Positions 31,207 to 42,837 of a DNA stretch of 64,000 nt are shown here, piece by piece. The notes beneath the pieces are model-generated. The model was given only the letters and a program-made list of their open reading frames with translations, did not search any database and was not told where the DNA came from. Each line of letters starts with the position of its first letter. Within the stretch, counting starts at the first letter, position 1. The DNA is from Thecamonas trahens ATCC 50062. Taxonomy: Eukaryota > Protista > Apusomonadida. The translations under genes and the position numbers were made by a program. The DNA is taken from NCBI RefSeq assembly GCF_000142905.1, contig NW_013657667.1:68801-132800 (forward strand), given 5' to 3'.

Positions 31207-33038
31207 ATGGGGGGACGGTCGTCCAAGGTGCGCAAGCTGAAGAAGAAGGAGATGAAGGAGCTTGCACAGACCACACACTGTATGTTATATGTACAATAAT
31301 AATGCCTCATGAGGGGGTGAGGGTGGCAGGGGAGGGTTAAAGAGGACGTAGGAGGGTGTTGACCCCATACCCCCCCCCCCCTCTCCTTGCACCCTCCTCT
31401 TTGCCCTCTCTGACGCGCCCACTCTGCCGCCAACGTCGGTAGTGGGGAAAGGCAGCGAGATTGGATGCCTTTCCTTCCCATTGTCACGAACCACACACAC
31501 ACTCTCTCTCTGTGTGTGTGTGTGTGGGTGGTGTGTGGGTGTGTGCATGTGAGGGTATTGGGGGAGGTGCGGGTGTTGGGAGGTGGGGGGGAGGAGAAGG
31601 CGGTGCGGAGGGTTTGTCGGTCTCTCCGAGCAACGTTCAAATTTGGGAAGGTGGGAGGGAGGTGAGGGAGGAGGGAGAGGAGAGGAGAGGCATGGGGATG
31701 GAGATGGGGCTGCAAGAGAAGGGAAGGTGGGTGGGTGGAACGGTNNNNNNNNNNNNNNNNNNNNNNNNNNNNNNNNNNNNNNNNNNNNNNNNNNNNNNNN
31801 NNNNNNNNNNNNNNNNNNNNNNNNNNNNNNNNNNNNNNNNNNNNNNNNNNNNNNNNNNNNNNNNNNNNNNNNNNNNNNNNNNNNNNNNNNNNNNNNNNNN
31901 NNNNNNNNNNNNNNNNNNNNNNNNNNNNNNNNNNNNNNNNNNNNNNNNNNNNNNNNNNNNNNNNNNNNNNNNNNNNNNNNNNNNNNNNNNNNNNNNNNNN
32001 NNNNNNNNNNNNNNNNNNNNNNNNNNNNNNNNNNNNNNNNNNNNNNNNNNNNNNNNNNNNNNNNNNNNNNNNNNNNNNNNNNNNNNNNNNNNNNNNNNNN
32101 NNNNNNNNNNNNNNNNNNNNNNNNNNNNNNNNNNNNNNNNNNNNNNNNNNNNNNNNNNNNNNNNNNNNNNNNNNNNNNNNNNNNNNNNNNNNNNNNNNNN
32201 NNNNNNNNNNNNNNNNNNNNNNNNNNNNNNNNNNNNNNNNNNNGGGGGGGGGAGGGCAGGGATGCATGCGCGAGGCGGAGGGGGAGGATGGGGCTTTTGC
32301 TGGCGGGGCAAGAGAGAGAGGAAGCAAAGGTGGTGATGAGGGACTCATGATGAAGATGTGGTGGGTTGGTTTGGTGGGATGGACGTAGTCTCTGCGGAAG
32401 AGCTGCTGGCGCTGTATGAGCACTTTAAGTACATCTCGGCATCAAAAGACAACGATGGGGTCATCGATCTGGAAGAGTGGCTGCAGGCGCTGGAGCTGCG
32501 CGACTCTACCTTTTCGAGGCGAATCTTTCAGGCCTTTGATGAGGACGCCAATGGGACGATCTCGTTCAGAGAGTTTGTTCTCGGCCTCTCGGTCTTCTCA
32601 CCACGAAGCACCATTGAGGAGAAGCTGGACCGTATGTTGCAAGCAGACGAGGCGAGGCGAGGCGAGGCGAGGTGAGGGAGACAGGGGAGGTGAGGGGGGA
32701 GGGGCAGCACTTACAGGAGAGAGTACGTCTTGGAACGGTGCGCAGTCTCGTTTAGGATCTATGACATCGACGGTGACGGTCACATCGACAAGGAGGAGCT
32801 GTTCCAGATTCTGAAAGCCTCACTGCTGGAAAACTACATGATGGACCTCTCAGACGACCAAATGAGGGAACTGGTGGACAACACGTTTGCTGAGACAGAC
32901 GTCAACGGCGACGGGCTCATCTCGTTTGAGGAGTATCGCGACATGGTCATCTCGCACCCAGAGATCCTCTCCAAGTTCTCGCTCAACTCGGACCTCCTTC
33001 TCCAGTCCACTCCCGGCCAAGAGTCGACCACGACATGA
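31207..33038 (+). CDS. CBL: Calcineurin B-like (CBL-type) EF-hand calcium sensor, N-myristoylated. Exons 31207..31279, 32389..32631, 32746..33038
   Basis: MGGRSSK start, THF|SAEELLALYEHFKYIS, 14-residue first loop SASKDNDGVIDLEE, and EF-hands DEDANGTISFRE, DIDGDGHIDKEE and DVNGDGLISFEE. The first intron spans an assembly gap. Confidence 0.85.
31745..32243. other. Assembly gap (N run) inside a G-rich intron
   Basis: Run of N. Confidence 1.
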
Positions 33039-33425
33039 GAGCGCTGCAGCCCCGTGTGTTCGACCCCTGTCAGACCTTGGACCTACCTGTCGCCCACCCG
33101 CGAGCATGCCTCGCACACGCCCTCGTCGGCAACCGCAGTGCCGGAACCGATACTCTTGGTGCGTCGCTGCCTGGCTGCCCCTCCCCAGACGCAGCCCAGC
33201 CCGTTCTCCGCAGCCTTCACCTTCTTGATCTTGCACAAACACCCGACAGGTGACCCATCTCGTCTTCTTCCTTGCTCTGATTGCCTTGACTTGGCACACT
33301 TTTCGCTCACCCGACCACGAGTACTCGGTAGAAAACAGAGACACTGGCAATAGCATGGCATCTGGTGGATGGAGCACAGGCCAGGGGGGCATCGGGAGTG
33401 GTGAAGTGCCTCCGCCGTACACCAC

Positions 33426-35216
33426 ATGGGTTTCGTCGACTGGTGGAGCGCCGACGAGTACGACGACGACGACGACTGGGGCGCCAGTGGGACTTGTTTA
33501 GCGAGCCTGGGCAACCATGAGCACCCGCTCGTGGTAACAGTCGCTGCCGAGGCATATCCCCCGACGGGGATGTATGTCTGTGACGTGTGCGGCGTCTCGT
33601 GCGTCGGTGGCTCCATGTTCTCCTGCCAGACCTGCACCCATGACGAGTGTCCGACCTGCCACATGGGCGGGACAGCGCTGGGCATGGCACACCCGGGCGG
33701 GATGATGATGGCGCCGGGCGGGATGATAATGGCGCCGGGAGGGATGATGATGATGCCGGGCGGGATGATGATGATGCCGGGCGGGATGGGCTGGAACCCC
33801 CCCCGCACTCGGCCCCCCGGCCCCTCCTCCGGCCCCGGCTCCGGCCCCGACCCGCGCTCCGCACTCGCACCCGCTCGTCATGTCCAACCCGGCAGAGATC
33901 TACCCGCAGACCGGCGGGCGTGGCTGTGCGATGTGTGCACGGCCCAGAGCCATGGCGGCATCATGTTCCACTGCGCGACATGCTCATATGACGAGTGCGC
34001 GGCATGCCATCGGAGTACAACGCCGGCAGTCAGTGGCGGGCGGGCCGGTGGTCTTGTGGGCGACGCCAACGCGATCCACGACCACGAGCTCGCCCTCGTC
34101 GCCATGGCCGAGACATATGCCGCGCACGACGGCCAGTGGGGTTGCAACCTCTGTCGCCGCTACTTTGTGGGCGGCGAGGCGTATCACTGCTTCCACGGGT
34201 GCAACTTTGATGCATGCGAAGAGTGCATGGCTCGCGGCGGACGGCGGATGGGCGGCCCGGTAGAGGCGCCTGGTCCGCGCGCTACCTCGCGCGTCCGCCC
34301 GCTTCTGGCCCGCGCCGACGTGGCCATGCAGGACCTGCACCTCGGTAGGCTCCTCGGCCACTCGCAGTACAAGGACATTTTTGTCGGCGACCGCGACGGC
34401 GTGCCGCTAGCGGTGACCCGTACCAAGGGCGGCGTGCTCCTTGGCGTCGATCCGGAGACCATGGCCGCCCTCGGTGCCCATCCGTACCTGCTCTCATACC
34501 ACGGCCACGCCCAGGACAGCGATGGCTCCGAGTACATCGCGTTTGAGCTCTGTCCTGACGGCCCACTGGAGACCTTCCTCGTTCGCGAAGGCAGTGAGTG
34601 GTCGCTAGACCTCAAGATTGTGCTTGTCCGCCAGATCGCCGCTGCCCTCGCCGCTCTCCACGCTGCCGGCGTTGTCCACGGACATCTCTCGTCGCGCAAC
34701 GTCTTTGTCGATTCGCTTGCGGAGCCTGTTGTCAAGGTCGGCGACTACGGCCTGACCCAGCCGGCGACCCACCTCCCGCTGCCGGCATCAATCTCGGCGC
34801 GCGCCAAGCTTGCCCATGTCTTCGATGCGCCCGAGGTGCTCGCCGGTGGCGCGCCGAGCCCGGCGTCTGACGTCTGGCAGCTCGGTGTGGTGCTCTGGGA
34901 GGTTATGGCCAACGGCGCGCGGCCGTACTCGGGTGTGGCGGGGGTCAACGAGCTTGATCCCGCCAGCGTTGCAGCCTACCTCGCCTGCGGCGGCCGTCTT
35001 CCACCGCCACACGCTTGCTACGCTCCGCTGTACAAGTTTATGCTCGCGTGCTGGAGCGCCGATCCGGCAGCCCGCCCGGTCTCAACCTCGCTCGAGGAGC
35101 GACTCGCAGTCCTCGCCGACGCGTACTACGCCGACCCCAACTACGTCGACGACAACGAGCTCTCAGACGACCCGGCAATCGACCTCGCAGCGCCGCCGCC
35201 GCAGACCCCGCAGTGA
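33426..35216 (+). CDS. Three ZZ/DC1-type zinc fingers plus tyrosine-kinase-fold pseudokinase
   Basis: Three CDVC..FHC..C.YDEC..C units, HGHLSSRNV, VKVGDYG, SDVWQLGVVLWEV..GARPY and CW..P..RP. Confidence 0.85.
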   Translation: MGFVDWWSADEYDDDDDWGASGTCLASLGNHEHPLVVTVAAEAYPPTGMYVCDVCGVSCVGGSMFSCQTCTHDECPTCHMGGTALGMAHPGGMMMAPGGMIMAPGGMMMMPGGMMMMPGGMGWNPPRTRPPGPSSGPGSGPDPRSALAPARHVQPGRDLPADRRAWLCDVCTAQSHGGIMFHCATCSYDECAACHRSTTPAVSGGRAGGLVGDANAIHDHELALVAMAETYAAHDGQWGCNLCRRYFVGGEAYHCFHGCNFDACEECMARGGRRMGGPVEAPGPRATSRVRPLLARADVAMQDLHLGRLLGHSQYKDIFVGDRDGVPLAVTRTKGGVLLGVDPETMAALGAHPYLLSYHGHAQDSDGSEYIAFELCPDGPLETFLVREGSEWSLDLKIVLVRQIAAALAALHAAGVVHGHLSSRNVFVDSLAEPVVKVGDYGLTQPATHLPLPASISARAKLAHVFDAPEVLAGGAPSPASDVWQLGVVLWEVMANGARPYSGVAGVNELDPASVAAYLACGGRLPPPHACYAPLYKFMLACWSADPAARPVSTSLEERLAVLADAYYADPNYVDDNELSDDPAIDLAAPPPQTPQ

Positions 35217-35225
35217 ATCGGTCAA

Positions 35226-36470
35226 TCAGCCGCGCTGTGCCCTTTTGGCCGCCACCGACGCTGGTGTCTGCAGGCAGCGGTGCTTGCCAGCGGCACGGCA
35301 AAGGAGCGCAATCCACACTGCGGAGAGGAGCGGGAGGAAGATCGAACAGAGAACGACAATGAGCATGGCGTGGCGACGGGTCTTGTTCAGGTCAGCCCAC
35401 TCAAAGAAGACAACGTCATCAAGCGGAACGCTTAAAGTGAGGTTGGCAGGAGCCAAGCGGTTGGCGACAGCGTCGGCGGCTGCCTTTTTGCAGCTGTCGC
35501 GGAACGCCGACGATCGAACGCGAACAGCCTGTGCGTTGCTGGCATCATTGAGCAGCGCCGGCTCGCCGTACCGAATCGCAGGGAACGTGCGGCAGCCGTA
35601 GTCGACCGGGCCGGTGTTGTGGCAGACGCAGACAAAGAAGGCTGTTACGTTGCTGCCCGGTCGCAGCAGCGGCATTGCCGTCACCGCCAGTGTTTCCTTG
35701 CCGTAGCGATTAGTGGAGAACAAATACCCGCGCGCCTCAAATGCCAGTCTCCGCGCGCCATCGAAGACCGCAAAGACGGCACGCGCAAGCTCGTCTGCTG
35801 GGGGCGTGCCTGCCACCGGCACCGGGCCAACGTAGCGTGGCGCAAAGTCGAGCTCGCCAACCACGCCGAGGTAGACTCCGTTGACGGAGCCGGCCACGGC
35901 TAGGCCAAGCCACATGGCGAGGACGGCAAGACCCATCGCCAGCCCGATGTCCCACCGATTGATGACGTGCCCGTTGATGACCGAGTGCCAGTTTGACCGA
36001 TCCGGCTGGGTGAAGCGGAACAGGCCAAGGCTGGCGTATGCTCCAGCTCCAGCAACTGCCGGGATGACCGCAAAGTAGACAACGGTCGTCACCACGACGC
36101 CGAGGGCCGGCGATGCCAACCGGTACGCGGTGTAGCTTACCGCCGGCGTGGCGAGCACAAAGGCTGCGACGACCACTCCGATTAGCACCACCATCGGTGG
36201 CGTCCTTTGACACGGCCAGCAGGTAGAGTGATTTTGCCGACTCGTGCCATTCTCTCTGTCCACGCGGCCGCTCTTGGGCTTGCGTGGCCTGCGAGACGTC
36301 TTTGACGGCTCATCGGAGTCCAGGCTGCTGGTCACAGTCACCGAGCCATCGCTCAACGTCTCGTCGGTGGCTCGGCTGCTCTCACTCAAAGTTCCCGTGC
36401 ATGATCCCGAGCCGTATCGCCTGTGCCTCCTATCCTTCTTCTGCGCCTGCCTCGGCCGCGACTTGGCCAT
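35226..36470 (-). CDS. Hypothetical multi-pass membrane protein
   Basis: Long ORF with a disordered basic/Ser-rich N-terminus and about four hydrophobic segments. Confidence 0.65.
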   Translation of the reverse strand: MAKSRPRQAQKKDRRHRRYGSGSCTGTLSESSRATDETLSDGSVTVTSSLDSDEPSKTSRRPRKPKSGRVDRENGTSRQNHSTCWPCQRTPPMVVLIGVVVAAFVLATPAVSYTAYRLASPALGVVVTTVVYFAVIPAVAGAGAYASLGLFRFTQPDRSNWHSVINGHVINRWDIGLAMGLAVLAMWLGLAVAGSVNGVYLGVVGELDFAPRYVGPVPVAGTPPADELARAVFAVFDGARRLAFEARGYLFSTNRYGKETLAVTAMPLLRPGSNVTAFFVCVCHNTGPVDYGCRTFPAIRYGEPALLNDASNAQAVRVRSSAFRDSCKKAAADAVANRLAPANLTLSVPLDDVVFFEWADLNKTRRHAMLIVVLCSIFLPLLSAVWIALLCRAAGKHRCLQTPASVAAKRAQRG

Positions 36471-36919
36471 CGACGGTAACACCTGATCCGATGCCGATGC
36501 CGACCGCGACTCCCCTGGCTCAACCTGCCTGCCCATGCACTCACACACACTCTCTCTCTCACTCTGCTCTCGCGCAAGTCACCCACACGTGGCTATCCGT
36601 TCTCGCTGTGCTGTACCGTAGGCGAACGTGCCCACCGCTGCGTCGAGGTTGAGCGAGAAAGATAAGCGTGGCCGCAGCTGTGTTTGTGCAGGCAGAACAC
36701 ATAGTGAACACAAGTGGCCTCACCCAAACTCGATTGCATCAATTTTTTGTCACCCCACCCCCCACCCCCCCACCCCCCCACCCCCCACCCCATTCCCACC
36801 CACTTGCGAACAAACGGACCCCCCTCCTCCAACCGTCCGTCACTCTCGTCGCCCCCCCCCCCCCCCTCCCCTTCTCCCCTTCCCTCTCACCCCTCTCCCT
36901 CATCAACAGCACTCGGCCC

Positions 36920-38886
36920 ATGTCTGCTTCCCCCACACTTCTTCCGCTTGGCTCTGACCCCATGCTCGCGGCTGTGACCGCGGCTGTGGCACGGCTCACC
37001 GACGCCGCGTGCCGGCAGGGCGACGAGGGCGAGAAGGCGACGGCTGGTCCGGCGCCCGGGAACAACATCGTCTTCCCGCCGCGCTCTGCTCCGCACCGCC
37101 CGTGTGTCGCTGTTGCTGTTGTTGCTGTTCCCGGCTCAGAGGATCCAGAGTCGGGCGCTCCGGTCCTCGCCACCACCCTCACCCTCCCGCTCGGCCTGCG
37201 CTCGCCGGCGGCGGCGGCATTGACGCTGCGGTCGGCAGGTGCGGTCGGTGGCGAGGTCCTGGGCGGCCTCCCGCTCGGCACGCTCTTTGGCCTCCCTTCT
37301 CTCGAGCTGGATCCCAAGATCGAGGGTGTCGAGGCCACGGCCGAGGCGCCTGAACTCGGCTCGCTGGTGGCTGGTAACGCGGCGCTCGTCCGCCAGCTCG
37401 GCCTCCTCGCCGAGCACCCGTTCTACCTGGAGATTGCCCCGATGGCGTTTGATGAGTCTGCGCCCAACTCTGCGGCGTGTTTGGCACTCACGCTGGCCTC
37501 GACCGAGGCCGGCGTCGTCCAGGTCGCGTACCGGGTGGCGTCGATGCTCGCCGAGGCGCTCATGGCGTCTGCTGAGTTTGGCGACCTGAGTGCGCTGTAC
37601 ACCCCGCCGCGGCCGCCGTCGTTCCTCGACAAGGCGACGCTTGAGGAAGCCGAGGTTGAGGGCAAGCGGGTTGTTGTCCGTGTCGACTTTAACGTCCCAC
37701 TCGCGGCCGATGGCACGATCTCGTCGAACCAGCGGATTGTGGCGGCGATGCCGACGGTGCAGACACTGCTTGCACGCGGTGCGCGGTCCGTTGTTCTCAT
37801 GTCGCATCTGGGCCGGCCGGGTGGGGCGGTCAAGCCCGAGCTCTCGCTCGCGGTGGTGGCTGCCGAGGTCGAGCGGCTACTGGAGCGGCCGGTCACGTTT
37901 GTGGCGCCTGCGGTGGGGCCCGAGGCCGAAGCTGCCACCGCCGAGCCTGCGCCGGGCTCAGTCTTTCTACTCGAGAACCTGCGGTTCCACGCCGAGGAGG
38001 AGGGCAAGGGTGTCGACGGCGAAGGCAACAAATTCAAGCCTGCGGCCGAAGCTGTCGACACGTTCCGGGCCTCGCTCGCGGCGCACGGCGAGGTGTTTGT
38101 CAACGACGCGTTTGGCACAGCACACCGCGCACACTCATCGATGGTCGGCATGCCGCACCCGGTCCGAATTGCTGGCGCGCTCCTCTCCAAGGAGCTCCGC
38201 TACTTTGCCGCCGCCCTGGAGGAGCCTGCGCGGCCGTTTGTCTCGATCCTCGGGGCGCCAAGGTGCAGGACAAGATCCAGCTCATCGAGAACCTCATCGA
38301 CAAGGTCGATGCGATGATCATTGGCGGCGGCATGGCCTTTACCTTCCTTGCGGTTGCCCACAATGTCGCCATTGGCGCCTCGCTCTTTGACGACGACGGT
38401 GCAGCCATTGTGCCAAAGCTGATGGCCAAGGCAAAGGCGCGCGGGGTGACCATCCACCTTCCGACCGACTTTGTGTGCGCCGACGCATTTGCTGCCGACG
38501 CCAAAACGGCGGTTCACGACACGACCTCGGGCGTGCCCGAGGGCTGGATGGGCCTCGACATCGGGCCGGCGTCGTCGGAGGCCTTTGCCGCCGTCATCGC
38601 CTCGGCTGCCACGGTGGTTTGGAACGGGCCGATGGGCGTGTTTGAGATGGAGCCGTTTGCTGCCGGAACCCAGACGCTCTGCGCTGCCGCCGCCGCCGCC
38701 ACCGCCGACTCTGGCGCCACTACCATCATCGGCGGCGGCGATACCGCGACGGCGGCGTCAGTCTTTGGCGTCGACGACAAGGTCTCGCACGTCTCGACTG
38801 GTGGCGGCGCCTCACTCGAGCTCCTTGAGGGCAAGGTGCTCCCGGGCGTTGCCGCTCTTACCAACATCGCGGACCTTCTGCAGTGA
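36920..38886 (+). CDS. PGK: Phosphoglycerate kinase with about 230-aa N-terminal extension; frameshift at 38252-38255
   Basis: [32 protein letters not shown] and [14 protein letters not shown], then after the shift [24 protein letters not shown] and [16 protein letters not shown]. Confidence 0.95.
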
Positions 38887-39046
38887 GGAGGGACGTGCAA
38901 GCTCTAGCCCTCCACATCCGTCCACTATGTACATTAGTGTCGACGCCCTCAAATACACGACAGAGGCTCATGGTACGCAGTTGTGCCATGACGATTGGCC
39001 GGCGCGCTGTATGCCATGGGGTGAGAGGGGGCTTTAACGTGGATGG

Positions 39047-41106
39047 TCAGGTGAAGAGCGCCACAAACGACGAGGTGTCGTCGTCCGAGTTGAGCGCGCG
39101 CTCGATGGCCCGGCGGTCGGCCGAGACGAGGCTGACGATCGAGGGCGGAGACAGTGACGACGAGTCGCTGTACGACTCGGACGACTCAGAGGGCGAGACG
39201 GACGGGTGCGGGCGCGGGCGGGCGGTTGCGGGTGCGGGTGCGGCGGTGGCGTGTGGCTGGCCGCGGGCGGCGAGGAAGCGGTCGCCGGCGGTCGAGCCTT
39301 CCGAGTCGTCGCCGCCCATCGACTCACGCATGACAGCATCCTGCCAGCCCGACGACGAGGGGGCATTGCGGGTACGGATGGCGCGGCGAGGGGCCGAGTG
39401 GTGCATGGCGCGGGAGCGGGCCCGATGCGAGTTGCGAGAGCGACGAGACTTGCGGGATCGGCGAGACCGGCGACGAATAACGACAGGGCCAGATGAGAGC
39501 GAGCCCGAGGAGGACGAGGAGGCGTGTGCGGCGTCTGAGCGAGCCGAGTCGCGGGCGCCCGGCGGCGGACGGGCAAGCTCAAAACAGCCGACCTCGAGTC
39601 GCGCATCGACGGTAGCTCGTCGACGTGGCTCCAGCCCGAGGAGGAGGAGGAGAACGAGGATGAGGCCGAGTGAACGCCGTCGATGCGGGAGAGGCGGGCG
39701 GCGATGTCGGGCTCGGCAAGGTTGAGCACCTTGCGCCAGCGGCGTGCGAAGCGAGTCCGCTCACGGTACGTCGTCCGCCACACCCGCTTGAGGTTGTACT
39801 TGGAAACATAGTTCTGGGTGATGGCGACAGTAAAATCGAGATTGAGCACGCCGTGGTGCCAGCCGCCCGGCACAAAGATAACCTCGCCCGGGCCCTGGAT
39901 GCACTCGATGAGGCCGAGCTCTGCGCCGCGGTCGCGAACGCTCGCGATCTCATGCTGCCACCAGTACGCGGCGGCCTGGGTGCCCCACTTTGCCGAGCCG
40001 GTAAACTTCTCAGGTGCGAGCTTGGGCGGGAAGAGGACCCAGCGCTTGTGGCCGTGGGTGAGCGCGTTCCACGCAGATGTGCCGAGCGGGTCGGTGTGGA
40101 TGTCGGTCCCGGTCCGCTTGGGCCCTGCCACGATCCAGCGGAACGGCGGCCGCTTGCCTGTGGGCAGGACGCCAAAGTAGTCGTACTTGAACATAGGCGG
40201 GACGGTAAAGTCTTTGAGCATGTCAGCGCGGGCCGGCTCGTGCAGCCGCGACTCGAACAAGTACAGCGGCGAGTCGTCGGTCGTAGCGCGCGCGTAGCGG
40301 AGGTAGTGCTTGAGCTTCATGGCAGTGCCCGAGACGCGGAACTTGGTCTCGCCGTACTTGCGGATGAGGCTCTTGGGAGACCACGCGTCATTGGCCGGCC
40401 AAGAATCCATGAGCCCTGTAATGATGACTGGCTTGTTTCCGCCCTCGTACCGCTTGCGGAACTCGTGGGCCGAGATGGTCCGCGCGTCGACCCGCTCGAT
40501 GTCAAACGCAGGGTCAACCGGCTGGCGCATCTCGGCCAGGAACGCATCGTCATCGGCGAGCCCGAACCGGCGTCCATAGTGCTTCTTGTTGTCGTCGGCG
40601 TACACCCGCTTGACCGCCTCGATGTACGACGAGTCCGAGTCGGAGAGCGCGCCTGGGACCTGCGAGAACGACGATGGCGTCTCCTCTGACGATACCGTGC
40701 CTGACACGTCAGCCTTGGCCTTGCCCTTGCCCTTGCCCTTGCCCTTGCCCTTGCCCTTGGCCTTGGCCTTGCCCTTGCCCTTGCCCTTGCCCTTGCCCTT
40801 GCCCTTGCCCTTGGCCTTGCCCTTGGTCTTCGACTTTGATTTCTTCTCGCCACTGCCGTCACCTGCATCAGCGTCGTCGCTGGTGGCGGACTTGCCGATG
40901 GCCTTCCCCTTGTCCTTCCTCTTCTTCCCTTTGTCCTTGCTCTTCTTCCCCTTCTTGCCCTTCTTCCCCTTCTTGCCCTCTCCCGTGCCCTTGCCCTTGC
41001 CCTTGCCCGTACTGCGGCTGGCCTCGGACTGCGGCTGGCGGTCGCCGGCAACGGTCTTTGCCTTGCGGGCCTTCTTGGAGCTCTTCTTGGAGCTCTTCTT
41101 GCCCAT
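39047..41106 (-). CDS. JMJD6: JMJD6/PSR-like JmjC oxygenase with Lys/Gly-rich N-terminus; probable frameshift at about 39635
   Basis: DDSPLYLFE, RPPFRW..GPKRTGTDIHTDPLGTSAWN, KRWVLFPP and FVPGGWHHGVLNLD..VAITQN. The Ser/Arg-rich tail continues into the frame of ORF 39047..39406. Confidence 0.9.
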
Positions 41107-41439
41107 GCTGCGCTCCGTTTTCTCACTCGTCGCTGTGCTGTCTCGTGTCTGTCCTCTCTGCCTCTGCCTCCAACAAGCCGCTAGTCGAGTCGTGTCTCCC
41201 GCCCCAGCCCGCTTGCCCGCCGCCGTCGCCGGCTGCTGCTCTGTCGCCGGACTGACCGACGAGTGATCACTGAAAGAAAGGAATGGCGATCGGGTGGACG
41301 GGAAGGGGGCCGGAGCATGGTCAGGATCAGGGGTTCGCTGATTTGTTCACCTACCGCCAGATGCCGCATGGTGGGGTTGATGGCAATGATGGGGCTGGAT
41401 GGTGACTGATTTTATTTGGAGGCGGAGAAGGGCTCCCGA

Positions 41440-41540
41440 TCAATGACAATCATGACAAGGATCAGGATCATGATCATGATCATGATCATGATCATGATCA
41501 GGATCAGGATCATGATCAGGATCAGGATCTGGATCAAGAC
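41440..41540. repeat. Hexamer tandem repeat (GATCAT/GATCAG)n
   Basis: Visible directly, between the divergent JMJD6 and B9D1 genes. Confidence 0.9.
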
Positions 41541-41795
41541 CATCAACAAGCCCATCAACAGCATCAAACATGATCACAATAGTAGTAACGATGACGACGG
41601 CGACGTCGAGTATCATACCCACATCACTGCGGCCATCTCAATCAGTATCAAGATACGTATCGCCATCGAAGACAAACACGATCACTTACGCGATCACACC
41701 CATGATCATGTACACGATCACAACCACGATCACGTTCACGTTCTCCACCCCCCCCCTGCACGCCACCCATCCCCACCCACCGCACTCACTCGACC

Positions 41796-42609
41796 ATGGC
41801 ACAGTTCTTCGTGGTGGTCTCCGGGCAGGTCGAGTCCGCACTGGTAGGGGACATGGAAAGGGGGTGCGAGGGGAGACTGAAGGGGGAGGGAGGGGGAGGG
41901 AGGGGGGGGGGGGGAGGGGGGCGAATGGCTGCAAGCGTGTTTGGCGCCAACGATGGCGCGACAGAGGGCAGGCAACCAACAACGGACAGAGGATGGAGGA
42001 ACTCATGGCAAAAGGGAGTGGTGCGGGTGCGGTGGATGGGGATGGGTACGGGTACAGTTTGAGGACTACGACCGGCTGTTTGCCAAAGTCAACTTTGTAC
42101 ACAATGGCGAGGGCGTGGAGGACTGGACGGTGGTGGACGGGGCCGAGGCCGGGCTGACGCAGGTGGCGCGGAAGAGCGTCGACGGCGGCTCGCCGGTCTT
42201 TGTCTTCAACTATCCCATCGAGGTGGCGTACGCGTCAACCAACGTGTCAGGCTGGCCGCGGCTGCTGGTCTCGATGTTTTCGATCAACGGGCTGGGCAAC
42301 CACACGCTGGCGGGCTACGGGTTTGTGCACGTGCCCACGGCGCCAGGGCGGTACACCCGCTACGTGCGGACCTTCCGCCCACGCTCCTCCTCGCTCTGGC
42401 AGCGGATCAACGCATGGCTCTTTGGCGATCCGCCCGAGTTTCTCAACTTGCCCAAGGTGCTGGGCGATGGCAAGGGCCGCGAGGTCGCCCGCGTTGTCTC
42501 GTCGGGCGTCGTCAAGGTCACCTTTAACGTCTCCACCAAGGGCCTCTCGGCCGCAGGCTACTCCGAGTCGGCCTCGTCGGTTGCCGCCGCCGCCAGCTCT
42601 ACGGCTTGA
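41796..42609 (+). CDS. B9D1: B9 domain protein 1 (ciliary transition zone). Exon1 41796..41843, intron 41844..42057
   Basis: VVVSGQVESAL|FEDYDRLF, FNYPIEVAYASTNVSGWP, GYGFVHVP and GKGREVARVVSSG. Confidence 0.92.
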
Positions 42610-42837
42610 AGGCACCCCGTGCTCCGCGATGAAGAGAATGTGTTTGCTTGCTTGGTGGGAGCAAAATGGGAAAGGGAAGGAGAGGGAAAGGGACCGGTTG
42701 GATGATGTTGGTGTAGGTGTTGATTGATTGAAGTTGAGGTTGAAAAACGAAAGGAACGGAGCCGAAAACAAAAGGAATCAAAATGGCGCAGGAGCATCGA
42801 CAAGTGCGGCACAAGAGGCCCCACAGCAGAGGATGCT

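Noticed and set aside
31461-32423. ORFs spanning N runs (also around 59088..59946)
   Set aside because: Artefacts of assembly gaps.
22429-38886. Pseudogene status for the frameshifted quinone reductase and PGK genes
   Set aside because: All catalytic motifs are intact on both sides of single homopolymer lesions, so sequencing error is more likely.
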